64,000 nt of DNA from Dehalococcoidia bacterium (GCA_965261445.1 CBDHCW010000025.1:13870-77869), one strand, 5' to 3'. Numbered from the stretch's first letter, positions 27,729-38,826 are shown. Translations and numbers: made by a program. Notes: a model not told the origin generated them from the letters alone.

Positions 27729-28418
27729 ATGAGGAGCAATCTGCGAGTGACCAAGTTCAGCGACATTCTGAGAGACCGCGCTTCGGGCATCTGGAAGATG
27801 GAGCATCGGCACCCGTTCGTAGTCGAGCTTGGAGAAGGCACGCTTCCTTTAGAGAAATTCCAATGGTACATGAGACAGGACTACCTGTTCCTGATAGACT
27901 TCTGCCGCGTTATTGCCATGGCCGCCGCCAAGGCAGACTCCCCCGACGACATGGGCTGGTTCGCGAGACTGCTCCACGAGACGCTGAACACAGAGATGGC
28001 CCTACACGTTAGCTTCTGTCAGGACTTTGGCATATCAGAATCTGAGCTCCTGGCAACCCAACTATCGCCCACGACCCTTGCGTACACTAATCACATGCTC
28101 TCCAAGGCGTATTCGGGCACGATCGGTGAGATTGCGGCTACTCTCTTGCCATGCTCCTGGGGATACGCGGAGATAGGGCAGGCCCTGGAGGCGAGGGGCA
28201 AGCCTGCGGACCATCCTCTCTACTGCCGGTGGATCGAGATGTACAGTTCGCCCGAATTCGGCGAACTGGCCGAGTGGCTTCGTTCGTTCATGGATCGCAC
28301 TGCGCTGGGCCTCGGCGAGGAGCAGCGGGAGCGTCTGGTACAGATTTTTGTCTCGAACAGCAAATACGAGTACATGTTCTGGGACGCCGCGTACAGGATG
28401 GAAGAATGGTCCGTATAG
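27729..28418 (+). CDS. tenA: TenA-family thiaminase II / aminopyrimidine aminohydrolase
   Basis: HPFVVELGEGTLPLEKFQWYMRQDYLFL and CSWGYAEIG motifs. Confidence 0.8.
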   Translation: MRSNLRVTKFSDILRDRASGIWKMEHRHPFVVELGEGTLPLEKFQWYMRQDYLFLIDFCRVIAMAAAKADSPDDMGWFARLLHETLNTEMALHVSFCQDFGISESELLATQLSPTTLAYTNHMLSKAYSGTIGEIAATLLPCSWGYAEIGQALEARGKPADHPLYCRWIEMYSSPEFGELAEWLRSFMDRTALGLGEEQRERLVQIFVSNSKYEYMFWDAAYRMEEWSV

Positions 28419-28832
28419 GTACAGCCGGCACGGAGTTGCCCGAATGACCGACATTCTGGAGCGTATTGGGGCGCTGATCGACCAGTCAATAGACGTGGCC
28501 TCCTTACTCATCGGCATCACACGGATAACGGAGGACTTTGGTTTGAACCGTGATCTGAATGGCCTAATATCCAACCCTGATATTTTCGCTGACCAGATCG
28601 AGAGCCCAGAGTATGCCGAAGTCCTTGCCTCCCAGCCCGAGGCCCAAGTAATTCAGACAAGCCGTGAGCATCGAGTGGCCCCAAAACCTTCCTCCCTCGG
28701 TACTACGGGGAAACTGCAAGTGTGCAAAGCCGCACAAAATTATGAATTAATGCCGAGGTTCCGCCAGCGCTAGCGGCGCGCGGGGCTTGCCGAAGCCCAG
28801 GGGTATCATGGGCGTAGTGTGGGAGTCGAGGT

Positions 28833-30461
28833 ATGAGACAGCGCCTTCGTACATTCAAAGGGGATCTGTTCGGAGGCATCACCGCCGCGGTGGTGGGCCT
28901 GCCCGTGGCGTTGGCCTTTGGCGAGGCCTCCGGTCTTGGGGCCCTAGCGGGCATCTACGGGGCCATTTCCGTAGGGTTTTTTGCGGCGGTGTTCGGCGGT
29001 ACGCGGTCTCAGATTTCCGGACCCACTGGCCCCATGGCCATCGCCATGGCCGTCGTGGTCACGCTCCACGCGGATAACCTCGCCGCCGCCTTCACCATTG
29101 TCATCATGGCCGGGCTCTTCCAGGTGCTGCTTGGCCTAGTGGGGATCGGCCGGTTCATCGCCTTCACGCCCTACTCCGTCATCTCCGGTTTTATGTCGGG
29201 CATCGGCATCATCATCATCTTGCTGCAAACCCTGCCCTTTATGGGCATGCCCGTGGCGGAGGGTCCCATCGCCTCCATTAAAGGCTGGGCGAACGGCATC
29301 ACCCATTTCAACGTGAGCGCCTTTGCCATCGCCGCCGTGACGCTGGCCGTGGGCATCCTGTGGCCCGGGCGGCTCCGGCGCGTCCTACCGCCGACCCTTG
29401 TCGCGCTGATGGTTGGCACGGTAATGGGCGTCCTGTGGCTGACGGACGTGCCCGTCATTGGCAATGTCCCTACGGGCCTGCCCACGCCGCAGATGCCGGA
29501 TCTGTCCCCGGGGATCCTGGTGCAAGCCATCACGCCTGCACTGACCATTGCGATGCTGGGGTCCATCGACAGTCTGCTGACGTCGCTCATCGCGGACTCC
29601 ATGACACGGACACAGCATAAGGCCAACCGGGAGCTGGTCGGACAGGGCATCGGCAACATGGTAGCCGGGTTCCTGGGCGGCCTGCCCGGCGCCGGGGCAA
29701 CCATGGGAACGGTCATCAACATCCGCGCCGGCGGCAGGACTCCGATATCCGGTGTCATCCGCGCGGCGATCCTGCTGACGCTGGTGCTGGGCTTGGCCAG
29801 GTACGTCGAGGTCATTCCACATGCCTGCCTTGCCGGCATCCTCATCAAGGTAGGCTGGGACATTATCGACTGGCGATTCCTGACCCGCATCATGCGCATG
29901 CAGCGTGAACATCTCGTGGTCATGGCGGTCACTATGTTCCTGACGGTGTTTGTCGACTTGGTGACTGCCGTGGCCATAGGGCTCATCGCGGCAGGTATGG
30001 CGACTTCTCGGCGGTTCGAGCGGCTGCAGCTGGACAGCGTGCTTTCTGTGCCGATCCTGGACAAGGTCTTCTTCAAGGGAGGCTACAGGGATGACATGGA
30101 CGACTATTCGGCCCACGTGGGCATGGTGATCCTGCGCGGCGCGTTCACGGTGGCCTCCTCTCACAAGCTCATCAGCACCATCAGCAAAGATATCAATGAG
30201 CACGATGTGGTGATCTTCGACTTTACCAACACAACCTACATGGACGACAGCGCCGCGCTGGTGGTGGAGGAACTCATCGACACCGCCCTTGCCGATAATA
30301 CGGAGTGTATTGTGATGGGCCTGTCCGACCAACCCGCCATGACCCTGCGCTCGCTCAACGCTCTTGAGCGCATACCGGAGGATCACTTTGCCGATGACAT
30401 CGATGCCGCGCGGGAGACCGCCGGACGGCTGCTGGGGCTAGAGACGGCGTCAACGGCATGA
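28833..30461 (+). CDS. SulP-family anion permease with C-terminal STAS domain
   Basis: DLFGGITAAVVGLPVALAFG start, a polytopic core, and a STAS-like tail (VVIFDFTNTTYMDDSAALVVEEL). Confidence 0.85.
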   Translation: MRQRLRTFKGDLFGGITAAVVGLPVALAFGEASGLGALAGIYGAISVGFFAAVFGGTRSQISGPTGPMAIAMAVVVTLHADNLAAAFTIVIMAGLFQVLLGLVGIGRFIAFTPYSVISGFMSGIGIIIILLQTLPFMGMPVAEGPIASIKGWANGITHFNVSAFAIAAVTLAVGILWPGRLRRVLPPTLVALMVGTVMGVLWLTDVPVIGNVPTGLPTPQMPDLSPGILVQAITPALTIAMLGSIDSLLTSLIADSMTRTQHKANRELVGQGIGNMVAGFLGGLPGAGATMGTVINIRAGGRTPISGVIRAAILLTLVLGLARYVEVIPHACLAGILIKVGWDIIDWRFLTRIMRMQREHLVVMAVTMFLTVFVDLVTAVAIGLIAAGMATSRRFERLQLDSVLSVPILDKVFFKGGYRDDMDDYSAHVGMVILRGAFTVASSHKLISTISKDINEHDVVIFDFTNTTYMDDSAALVVEELIDTALADNTECIVMGLSDQPAMTLRSLNALERIPEDHFADDIDAARETAGRLLGLETASTA

Positions 30462-30501
30462 GGCAAGGTTTTGGCGCGACTTTCATAGGCACCATGAGGC
30501 T

Positions 30502-32232
30502 GTGGGTAAGGAATTGAAGAAGTATTTCGTCGTCGTGATCTTAGTTCTGGCTATTACGGCTAGTCTGGCCTGTCGAGGCTCTGATCCCACGCCATCTCAA
30601 ACACCAACGTTCGAGTCAACTACAACACCGACGGCGACACCTAGTTTGACTCAAACGCCCTCGCCCGTCCCATCCATTGCTCCAACTCCAAATCAGCCAC
30701 CCACGCCAGTGCCTGAGGTTACAGCAGTGCCAACGGCGACACCTACTTCGATTCCAACGCCAACCCAGCTACCCCTTACTACAACTGTTCCTACATCGAC
30801 AGTCGAGCCTGAGCCCGCCCGGCTAGGAGAACGGATAAACTGGATCCGGTGCGGACGATTCGAGCTTGAGTGCGGGTTTGTGGAAGTTCCCGCAGACTAC
30901 AAGAACCCAGAGGCAGGAAGCATCAGAATCGCGGTCAATGTGCACCGGGCCACGTCTCCGGATGAACGGATAGGCTATTTACTCGTGAATCCAGGGGGGC
31001 CAGGTGAAAGCGGTGTAAGGTTGGTTCACTATCTTCCATTCGGACTGTTCCCAGATGAAATCGTCGCCCACTTCGACATAGTCGGCTTCGACCCGCGCGG
31101 GGTCGGAGACTCCGAGCCCGAATTCGCCTGTGGCGAGCCCGGTGAGCAGATCGGGCTGCTTGCCGAGATTGACGGTAGAATAGACACCCCCGACGAGGTA
31201 GCGGCCGGCGAAGCGGCGGCCAACCTGTGTATTCAATCAATGGGCCCGATCGGTGGCCTGCTGCACAGCCAATATGTCGCCAACGATATGGATGAAATAC
31301 GCAAGGCCTTGGGCGCCGATCAGATCTCCTACCTAGGGTTCTCCTATGGGTCGGCGTTGGGGGTCTGGTACGCAACCCTCTTCCCAAATTCAGTTAGTGC
31401 AATGGTTGTTGACGGCGCCGACAACTCGGTTGACCCCGCCGCCACCCAGCAGGAACGGGTTGACGAGGTAATCGAGGAGGTCGCACCCATTGAAGACTTT
31501 CTCCAACAAGCGCTCATCGCCTGCACTGATCCGCTATGCCCCATATACAACGACGGAGACCCGCTTGGCTACTTCAGGCAGGCGGTTGCGAAACTGGATA
31601 TTGTCAATGCTGCGGCAGATCATCCACTGGCAGGCTTCTTCGGGGTGGTCTCGACCCTGTACAGTGAAGAGACATGGCCTAGTCTGTGGCAAGGTCTGTT
31701 TGAGCTCTACGAAAGAGACGACCCTTCTACTCTTCTAGATTTCGCCAATATACAATTCGGCCCGGAACCCACGGCTGCAAGGTTCACTTCCCACGTCAAT
31801 TGCCTGGACCACTGGGTCATATACCCGGAATTGGACCGCGCCACCCGACTAGATGACTCCGTAATCATTGACGCCGCCGTAGAGAAAATGTTCCCCTTAC
31901 TGGCGTTGGTTGACCCCCAGTTCCCCAGTTCCTGCCCGTTCTACGACCAGTTCGCACCCGACCCTCTGGAGGTGCCTCTTGACGGTGGAGGAGTGCCCAT
32001 ACTGGTGATCGGCAACCACTCCGACCCGTTTACTCCGTTCAGCGAATCTGAAGAGCTAGTATCCGACACGCTCAGCAATGGCTACCTGCTGGAGACCTCT
32101 CACTTTTCTCACGTTGTCTACCCTCAGAATAACTGCGTCAATAGTTACGTTCACAGAGTGCTGATTGACGGCGTTTACCCAAGCGAGAGGCGGCTCTTCT
32201 GTGAGCAGGAAGCCAGTCACCCTTCCCACTGA
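30502..32232 (+). CDS. Secreted alpha/beta-hydrolase lipoprotein (S33 tripeptidyl-aminopeptidase-like)
   Basis: Lipobox LAC, a Pro/Thr-rich linker, NPGGPGESG, and the nucleophile elbow GFSYGS. Confidence 0.7.
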   Translation: MGKELKKYFVVVILVLAITASLACRGSDPTPSQTPTFESTTTPTATPSLTQTPSPVPSIAPTPNQPPTPVPEVTAVPTATPTSIPTPTQLPLTTTVPTSTVEPEPARLGERINWIRCGRFELECGFVEVPADYKNPEAGSIRIAVNVHRATSPDERIGYLLVNPGGPGESGVRLVHYLPFGLFPDEIVAHFDIVGFDPRGVGDSEPEFACGEPGEQIGLLAEIDGRIDTPDEVAAGEAAANLCIQSMGPIGGLLHSQYVANDMDEIRKALGADQISYLGFSYGSALGVWYATLFPNSVSAMVVDGADNSVDPAATQQERVDEVIEEVAPIEDFLQQALIACTDPLCPIYNDGDPLGYFRQAVAKLDIVNAAADHPLAGFFGVVSTLYSEETWPSLWQGLFELYERDDPSTLLDFANIQFGPEPTAARFTSHVNCLDHWVIYPELDRATRLDDSVIIDAAVEKMFPLLALVDPQFPSSCPFYDQFAPDPLEVPLDGGGVPILVIGNHSDPFTPFSESEELVSDTLSNGYLLETSHFSHVVYPQNNCVNSYVHRVLIDGVYPSERRLFCEQEASHPSH

Positions 32233-32371
32233 GCGGAGAGAAGAGCCTCTAGCTTGCACCTATTTCTCGCAAGATGTCGGCAGTTTCAGACCCAACCCAC
32301 GTTGACCCTGCCAATTCCCGGTGCTAATGTCAGGACTCGAGGCTACAGTGGACAGGGAAGGAGATGACCTT

Positions 32372-33376
32372 ATGTACAAGAGAGATGCCATGCCATATTA
32401 CGGAGGCCCTGTCTCCTTCTTTCGAGCACCCCAAGTCGAGTTCGACGAAATCGTTGAGGGTACTGCCGTGGTGTCGGGGGTGCCTATCGACAACGGGATA
32501 TACTCAGGAAGGCCTGGAGCCCGGTTCGGTCCCAGGTCCATTCGAGAGGCATCCCTGCACAACAGAGTAGGCTATGACGTTTCACCGGAAAACACGCGAG
32601 TGGATGCGGATACTGGGGTTGGAACCCAACTCAAGAACCTGCCCATGATAGCGGACATCGGTGACTTCAACATCTACCCCAACGACCTGATGAAGACAAC
32701 GGAGTCGGTCAAGGAGGGAGTGTACGAGGTCGTAAAACGCGGCGGCTTTTCAGTGGTAATGGGAGGAGACCACTACGTTGCTTATCCCTCCTTTGAGGGA
32801 TTCGCCAAAGGCATCGCCGAGAGAACGGAAGGAGCGCGCCTCGGCTACGTCCATATCGATGCACATTCCGATTTTCAGGACGGTAACTCGTTGGGAGGCC
32901 GGTACCACCACGGGACAATGGTGCGACGCGTAAGTGAGAATCCCATAATCTCGTACAAGAACCTGAGTTGGGTCGGCCTCAATTCTGCGTTAACCATAGA
33001 CCAACACCAATTAAAGAGGGCACATTCCTTGAAGATGCTCACGGCGAAGAGCGTCCGTGAAAGAGGAATAGCCGAGGTTATGAAGGAAGCCATGGACGTG
33101 GCGGCAGACGGGGTCGACGCGGTGTACGTGAGCATTGATATCGACGTGATAGACGCCCATGAATCGCCGGGGACCGGCGCTCCTGAGTTTGGCGGCATCA
33201 CCGTGCCGGAGTTCTTTGAGGCCATGGAGATTTTGAGCAACTACAAGGCTATGGGAGCAATTGACCTCTGCGAGGTATCCCCCGAGTGGGACTCTTCTGC
33301 ACAGACAGTTAAGATTGCTGCCTCAGGTCTGCTCAAGCTCCTGCATCCCTGGCTGTTCGACACGGTCAAAGTGTAG
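32372..33376 (+). CDS. Agmatinase/arginase (ureohydrolase) family protein
   Basis: Mn-binding motifs GGDH, HIDAHSD and SIDIDVID. GGAAGGAG RBS upstream of the ATG at 32372. Confidence 0.8.
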   Translation: MYKRDAMPYYGGPVSFFRAPQVEFDEIVEGTAVVSGVPIDNGIYSGRPGARFGPRSIREASLHNRVGYDVSPENTRVDADTGVGTQLKNLPMIADIGDFNIYPNDLMKTTESVKEGVYEVVKRGGFSVVMGGDHYVAYPSFEGFAKGIAERTEGARLGYVHIDAHSDFQDGNSLGGRYHHGTMVRRVSENPIISYKNLSWVGLNSALTIDQHQLKRAHSLKMLTAKSVRERGIAEVMKEAMDVAADGVDAVYVSIDIDVIDAHESPGTGAPEFGGITVPEFFEAMEILSNYKAMGAIDLCEVSPEWDSSAQTVKIAASGLLKLLHPWLFDTVKV

Positions 33377-33522
33377 CCAAATGAAAAAGTTGCGTTACTC
33401 GTGGGCGGTCGATTTGGATTCTTCCGTCTCTTCTCCAAGTTGAGCGCCCAATCGAATGTAAACCTCCTACACTATCGGTAATGGACTTCTGGATACCTAT
33501 CAGCCGCAGCCGGTTCGGAGCA

Positions 33523-34449
33523 CTAAAGGACTCTCTCCAAGGCCTGATCGAGCTCGTCAAAGGTGGCGAAGGACTCGAACCGTGCTGCGACCCTCCGGTC
33601 TCGGTCGATCACGAAAGACCACTCCGCACTCGGTAGCCGCCACTCAAGTACAGTGGGAGAGATGCGGGCCCGATTTAGGTCTCCTTGGATCTCGTCAGGG
33701 TTGTCGTACAAGTCGACGTGGATGAAGTTGGCTTGCCCTCTGTATCTGTCCTTGAGCTGCTGGAGCACCTCTACCTGAGGACCGCAGACGGCATTGATGC
33801 AGAAGGCGGGACTGGCCATCACGATCACGGTAGGCATGCCGGAGCCGATAGCGTCGGCGATCGTGGTTCGGTATAGATCGGGGTCCCGGAGGGAGCCGGT
33901 AGTGAGTTCGCCTATGTCTTCGATATCGGCGAGGGTCTTGTTCTCACTCGGCACCGCCGCCACCCCGACGTCAGGAGCCTTGGTCACCTCGTCGACTTGA
34001 AAGGACAGCTGCGCGAACCGGCTGTGCCCGCTCCCGTCCATCACAGTGACGTCGATCTGCCATCTGCCCGCCACATCGAATGTAAGCTGAGTCGTATAGC
34101 TTCCTCTGATCCCGTACGGCCACGGCCTGAATACGGCCAGCGCTGTCTCTCTATTGCGGCCCATTGCATCACCCTCAGGCAAGTGACGCGACACCACAGT
34201 CGCGGACGGCGCGTGGACCAGGCTCTGCTCCGACTGGAGCACGAAGGCCATCCTGTGCGTGCCTACTGCAACGTCCGGCGTACCCAGGATGATCTGTATC
34301 CCGTCGTCTGATGGTACCCCCTCTATCAACTCAACCTCGTCCGGGCGTGGCGACAGATCTGGGCTGGTGATGCCAGAGGAGGAGTCGGAGCACGCAGCTA
34401 TCAGGACGGTGGAGAGCGCGGCAGCGGATGCTAGGAGTCTGTAGCGCAT
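33523..34449 (-). CDS. Lipoprotein with C-terminal thioredoxin-like fold
   Basis: Lipobox LIAAC. The C-terminal part, VIVMASPAFCINAVCGP...FIHVDLYDNPD, resembles a thioredoxin-fold domain. Confidence 0.45.
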   Translation of the reverse strand: MRYRLLASAAALSTVLIAACSDSSSGITSPDLSPRPDEVELIEGVPSDDGIQIILGTPDVAVGTHRMAFVLQSEQSLVHAPSATVVSRHLPEGDAMGRNRETALAVFRPWPYGIRGSYTTQLTFDVAGRWQIDVTVMDGSGHSRFAQLSFQVDEVTKAPDVGVAAVPSENKTLADIEDIGELTTGSLRDPDLYRTTIADAIGSGMPTVIVMASPAFCINAVCGPQVEVLQQLKDRYRGQANFIHVDLYDNPDEIQGDLNRARISPTVLEWRLPSAEWSFVIDRDRRVAARFESFATFDELDQALERVL

Positions 34450-34528
34450 CGGAACCCCATGGTCTAACGGTCGGTGTCGTGTGCACCGAAGATGAAGGCG
34501 GAAAGCTTCATGTCGTCCGAATTCGAGT

Positions 34529-35181
34529 TCAAGTCGGCCCCGGCTCTTCTAGCAGGTCGCGGATCCACTGCTCCGTCTCCTCGTAGCGCCCCTCTCCGAT
34601 GTGGACGTATCTGATGTAGCCGTCCTTGTCTATCAGGTACTTTGTCGGCCAGTAACGGTTGCTGAATGCCCTCCAGGTACTGAATTCGTTATCTTGGACG
34701 ATGGGATAGAGAAGGCCAAACTCCTCGACTGCTTCTTGGACGTTTGCGATGTCCTTTTCGAAATTGAACTCGGGCGAGTGGACGCCCAAGATCACTAACC
34801 CGGAGTCAGCATACTTCTCATGCCACGATTTCAGGTAGGGAGAGTGCGCTTGCAGTTGATGCAACTGAAGGTCCAGAAGTCTATCAGGACGACCTCTCCC
34901 CGCCGGCTCGCCAGCGTGAACGGCTCCGAGTTGATCCAAGCGCCGGTGCCTCTCAGCTCAGGAGCCGGCGGTTCGTCGCCGGTACGGGGGTTCTTGGTGG
35001 GGACGGATATGGGGGTTGAGGAGGCCGAGCCGGTCACCGTAGGTGAAGCCACTTCGGCAACCGGCGAGGGAGTCTGGAGCAGCGGAGCCGCCTCATCCTC
35101 CATGTCAGGACCACAGGAGACGACCAACGTCACCAGGAGTATCGACACGGCCGCGGCTATCGCTATCGATGTGATCCTCAT
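34529..35181 (-). pseudogene. Redoxin (TlpA/DipZ-C-like thiol:disulfide oxidoreductase) lipoprotein gene with a 1-nt frameshift
   Basis: ORF 34831..35181 ends with FWTFSCINCKRTLPT*. ORF 34529..34939 continues in another frame with (P)YLKSWHEKYADSGLVILGVHSPEF. Adding one C to the ccc run (plus-strand ggg, 34838-34840) restores a single 216-aa protein. Confidence 0.7.
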
Positions 35182-35404
35182 ATTGCCTCCTTAGTGACGG
35201 CCAAGGCCGACACAAGAGAACCGCCTCGTCCTTAAAGGGCTCAACAACTAATTGTACAGCATTGAACAACGACCTATGAGATGGCCTGAGCATTCTCAAT
35301 TCCTCCCTCGCCAATACCGAAAGTCGTAGTGACGACGCTTGGCCTGTGGGCGCGATGGGGCGGAGATCAGCAACAAATTGAGAAGGGCACGATCCGCTCC
35401 CACG

Positions 35405-37459
35405 CTAAGTGGGTGGCAGGTTCTCGATCTCCACAGGATCCACCGGATCGGCAAGGTCGAAGCCGAACACGCGCGAGTAGAAGTAGAGCTCAGCGTCCAG
35501 CGTCCTCTTGATGTTCTCCGCGCGACGGAAGCCGTGTTGCTCGCCCTCGAACGGTAGGTAGGCGACGGGAACCCGTTTCTCACGCAGCGCGTCGCGCATC
35601 AACTCAGACTGGTTCGGAGGCACCACTCTGTCCTCCATGCCTTGGAACAGGATGAGCGGTGTGGAGAGCCGGTCTACGTGGTGGATGGGGGAACGTTCCA
35701 GGTACAGATCCTGACGCTCCGGGTACGGCCCGACCAACGTGTCCAGATACCGCGACTCGAACTTGTGGGTGTCTCTTGTGAGGGCCTCCAGGTCGCTGAC
35801 GCCGTAGAGGCTGGCCCCGGCTCGGAATACGTTATGGAAGGTCAGCGCGGCCAGCGTCGTGTAGCCGCCGGCGCTCCCTCCCCTGATCGCCATGCGACCG
35901 CCATCCACGTCGCCGCGTTCGGCCAGGAACCTGGCGCCGTTGACGCAGTCCTCAACGTCGACTACGCCCCACCTGCCGTTGAGACGCCGCCGGTAGGCGG
36001 TGCCATACCCGGTGCTGCCGCCGTAGTTCACGTCCAGTACCGCGAAGCCGCGGCTCGTCCAGAACTGGGTGCGAAGATCGAGCGTGGACGAGGCGGCGGA
36101 GGTCGGTCCACCGTGTACCAAGACGACCATCGGAGGCCGCTCTCCCTCCGGCGCCGAGTAGACCTTATTCACCGGCGGGTAGAAGAATGCATGGGCTGCA
36201 AGACCTCCTCCCGTGGGGAACTCTATCGGCTCCGGCGCCGAGACGTATCCCTCGTCGATGCCGAAGGCGTTCGAGTTGCGCAGCACCTCCGTAGCGCCAG
36301 TGCGCAGGTCGTGAGATATCAGTGTCGGCGCCATCGTCGGGGAGCCAGCACCGAACACGACGCGACCTGCTCCGACGCGCATCCCCGACCGGGTGATCTC
36401 AGTGAACGGCGTGGGCACAGTCTCGAGATCCAGACTGTCAGTGTAGAGGTTGGCGAAGTGCGACGTGCCGCCTCTGTTGTAGCCGCAGGCGATGCGGTGC
36501 TCGGAGGCAAACCCGTATGTGGACGCGGCCAGTCCCCACTGTGGAACCCCGAACTCTGCATCCATCTCACAGAGGGGCTCGACCCTACCGCCTCGCCACC
36601 GATAGAGGTTCCACCAGCCGCTCCGGTCGGAGACGAAGTGGAGCGTCCCCTGCGGAGACCATTCCGGCTGGAAGACGGCCTCACCGTCTCCTCCGGCCAC
36701 TCGCTGCACCTCCCCAAGAGAGCCGTCTGCCCTTACGTCGGCGACCCACAGGTCGCTACCGTCCCACGGCATGTTGGGATGGTCCCATGAGATCCAAGCC
36801 AGCCTCGCTCCGTCCGGAGACAGCCGGGGGAAGGAGTAGAAGTCGTGGCCCGATAGGAGCACGGAGCCACTGTCCATTTCGTCCAGGCCTAGGCCGACGA
36901 TCGTATTGATCGCCTCTCCCTCTCCCCTGTGGTCCTCCCGGATGCAGATGATGCGGGCCCGCTTACTGTCCATGACACCGTCGGCGTAGCGCACAGCTGC
37001 CTCCGGCGTGACGGGCTCCGGCTCCCCGCCCGGCCTCTGCCGGTAGAGCCGCTGGTCTTCAAAGTTGGAGAAGTAGACAACGCCGTTGGACACGAGAAAG
37101 GCGCCGCCCCCGTACTCGTGCACGCGGGTTCGAACGTTGAAGGGCTGGGGCGTGACGTCAGCCGTTTCCCCATCCGGCCCGCGCCGTACCACGACGTTCC
37201 TGCCGCCCTCCGAAGGCCGCATCTCGGTCCAGTAGATATCATCCACATCCAGCCTGATCTCTCCGATGCCGATCGACTCAGCAACGATCAGGTCAGAGGT
37301 GATGGGCGACCGCCAGGAACCATACGGCGCCACCTTACGGGAGTTCATTGTTGGAGAGGTCTCCATTGGGCCGGGATTTCCCGTTTGGCTGCCCTCGGAG
37401 GCCGAGACCAGCTCAGACGAGATGACGACATAGTAGAATTGTTTTACTAGGTCGGTCAA
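35405..37459 (-). CDS. S9-family serine peptidase (prolyl oligopeptidase/dipeptidyl aminopeptidase-like)
   Basis: Beta-propeller N-terminal half and a C-terminal hydrolase domain with GGSAGGYT nucleophile, plus downstream D and H regions. The start may be the internal Met at 37366. Confidence 0.85.
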   Translation of the reverse strand: MTDLVKQFYYVVISSELVSASEGSQTGNPGPMETSPTMNSRKVAPYGSWRSPITSDLIVAESIGIGEIRLDVDDIYWTEMRPSEGGRNVVVRRGPDGETADVTPQPFNVRTRVHEYGGGAFLVSNGVVYFSNFEDQRLYRQRPGGEPEPVTPEAAVRYADGVMDSKRARIICIREDHRGEGEAINTIVGLGLDEMDSGSVLLSGHDFYSFPRLSPDGARLAWISWDHPNMPWDGSDLWVADVRADGSLGEVQRVAGGDGEAVFQPEWSPQGTLHFVSDRSGWWNLYRWRGGRVEPLCEMDAEFGVPQWGLAASTYGFASEHRIACGYNRGGTSHFANLYTDSLDLETVPTPFTEITRSGMRVGAGRVVFGAGSPTMAPTLISHDLRTGATEVLRNSNAFGIDEGYVSAPEPIEFPTGGGLAAHAFFYPPVNKVYSAPEGERPPMVVLVHGGPTSAASSTLDLRTQFWTSRGFAVLDVNYGGSTGYGTAYRRRLNGRWGVVDVEDCVNGARFLAERGDVDGGRMAIRGGSAGGYTTLAALTFHNVFRAGASLYGVSDLEALTRDTHKFESRYLDTLVGPYPERQDLYLERSPIHHVDRLSTPLILFQGMEDRVVPPNQSELMRDALREKRVPVAYLPFEGEQHGFRRAENIKRTLDAELYFYSRVFGFDLADPVDPVEIENLPPT

Positions 37460-37662
37460 TCCCTGTTATCTATGGTGCTCTGAGCCTGAAGTCATGGCGG
37501 GGAACCACTCCCTGGGCGATGCCGCTGTCATAATATTGCATCCGCTCTCCATCACTGCCTTCTTGAACCCACATAGTCACCCAATTTGTCCTGGATTCCA
37601 AATTGGGATACACTACGGCAGGCCTCAAACTTTCTTAGCGCCCAAATCCGGGAGGAACCCTA

Positions 37663-38826
37663 ATGGCATACGCTCCATTGTTCCCAGTGACGGTCGTTGG
37701 AAGTTGGCCCCGTTCCACCGAGTTAGTCCGTGCCCTCCGCCGAAGGCAAGCTGACGAAATCACACTGGATGATTTCAACTCCGTGGCCGACGGCGAAGTG
37801 TTGGCTTGCATCCGTGCGCAGGAAGAGGCAGGAGTGGATATCATAAGCGACGGAGAGCAGCGCCGAGACAACTTTTACTCCTTCACCGTGGACAAGCTGA
37901 CTGGGATGCAGCTGATGAAGGTCTCAGAGTTGCTGGACCACTCCCGGGACCGGGCCAGGATGGAGGAGACGTTGCGGGCCCTTGACGTGCCATCCTTTGC
38001 CATCAAGAGCGCCATCGTGGTTGACCGCCTCGGGAGAAGTCATGGCTTGGCCCTTGATGAATTGGCCTTCATGCGAGAACATACTGACCGGCAAATCAAG
38101 GTCCCTCTTCCCGGCCCCTATATGCTGACCCGCTCCAGCTGGTTCGAAGGCCTCTCCGACCGGGTGTACCCTGATCCCGAAGATTTGGCCGCAGACGTTG
38201 TGGCCATCCTCCGGGAAGAGATAATCGCCCTGCGGGACCAGGGCTGCGACTTTGTTCAGTTGGACGAACCCATCCTGAGCCAGGTGGTATTTGGAGAGGA
38301 AAGCACAGAGACCTTCATGTGCGCTGCTCTGCCCAACCGCCGGGACCCCACCGATGAACTTGAGTTTGCGGTGCGGCTGATGAATCAGACCACGGAGGGA
38401 ATCACCGGAATCAAGACCGGTGTCCACATCTGCCGTGGCAACTGGAGTCGGCGAGAAGATGTGCTGCTCACGGGTAACTACGGGCCGATGCTTCCTTACC
38501 TTGTCCAGATGAACATTGACCAGCTAGTGCTGGAATGTGCCACGCCTAGGGCTGGCGAGATGGAAGTCTTCAAGGAGTACGGCAATGAGAAAGAAATCGG
38601 CTTCGGAGTGGTGAATCCCCGGACCGACGACATAGAACCTCCGGAGCAGATTGTCGCCAGGGTAAAGGAACTCCTGCCATACTTCGACCCGGACAAAATC
38701 TACCTCAACCCCGACTGCGGATTTGGCACCTTCGCCGAAAGAAACGTCAATACCCATGAGATTGCCTCCAGGAAGATGCTGGCAATTGTTCAAGCTGCCG
38801 AACAACTCAGAGCCGAATATCGATAG
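37663..38826 (+). CDS. Cobalamin-independent methionine synthase (MetE C-terminal domain-like) family protein
   Basis: VVGSWPRS, ISDGEQRRDNFYSF, HICRGNW and NPDCGF zinc/substrate motifs. Confidence 0.75.
   Translation: MAYAPLFPVTVVGSWPRSTELVRALRRRQADEITLDDFNSVADGEVLACIRAQEEAGVDIISDGEQRRDNFYSFTVDKLTGMQLMKVSELLDHSRDRARMEETLRALDVPSFAIKSAIVVDRLGRSHGLALDELAFMREHTDRQIKVPLPGPYMLTRSSWFEGLSDRVYPDPEDLAADVVAILREEIIALRDQGCDFVQLDEPILSQVVFGEESTETFMCAALPNRRDPTDELEFAVRLMNQTTEGITGIKTGVHICRGNWSRREDVLLTGNYGPMLPYLVQMNIDQLVLECATPRAGEMEVFKEYGNEKEIGFGVVNPRTDDIEPPEQIVARVKELLPYFDPDKIYLNPDCGFGTFAERNVNTHEIASRKMLAIVQAAEQLRAEYR

Noticed and set aside
28445-28773. Possible 109-aa gene downstream of tenA (MTDILERIGALIDQ...).
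   Set aside because: There is no recognisable motif and no convincing RBS, and it overlaps the tenA 3' end in the longer track version. It is left unannotated, although it could be a real small gene.
37460-37662. Possible cobalamin or SAM riboswitch upstream of the MetE-like gene.
   Set aside because: Fragments such as ggtgc and ggggaacc are present. However, I could not assemble the conserved cobalamin core and B12 box, or a SAM-I four-way junction, by eye. A covariance-model scan (Infernal/Rfam) of this region would decide the question.
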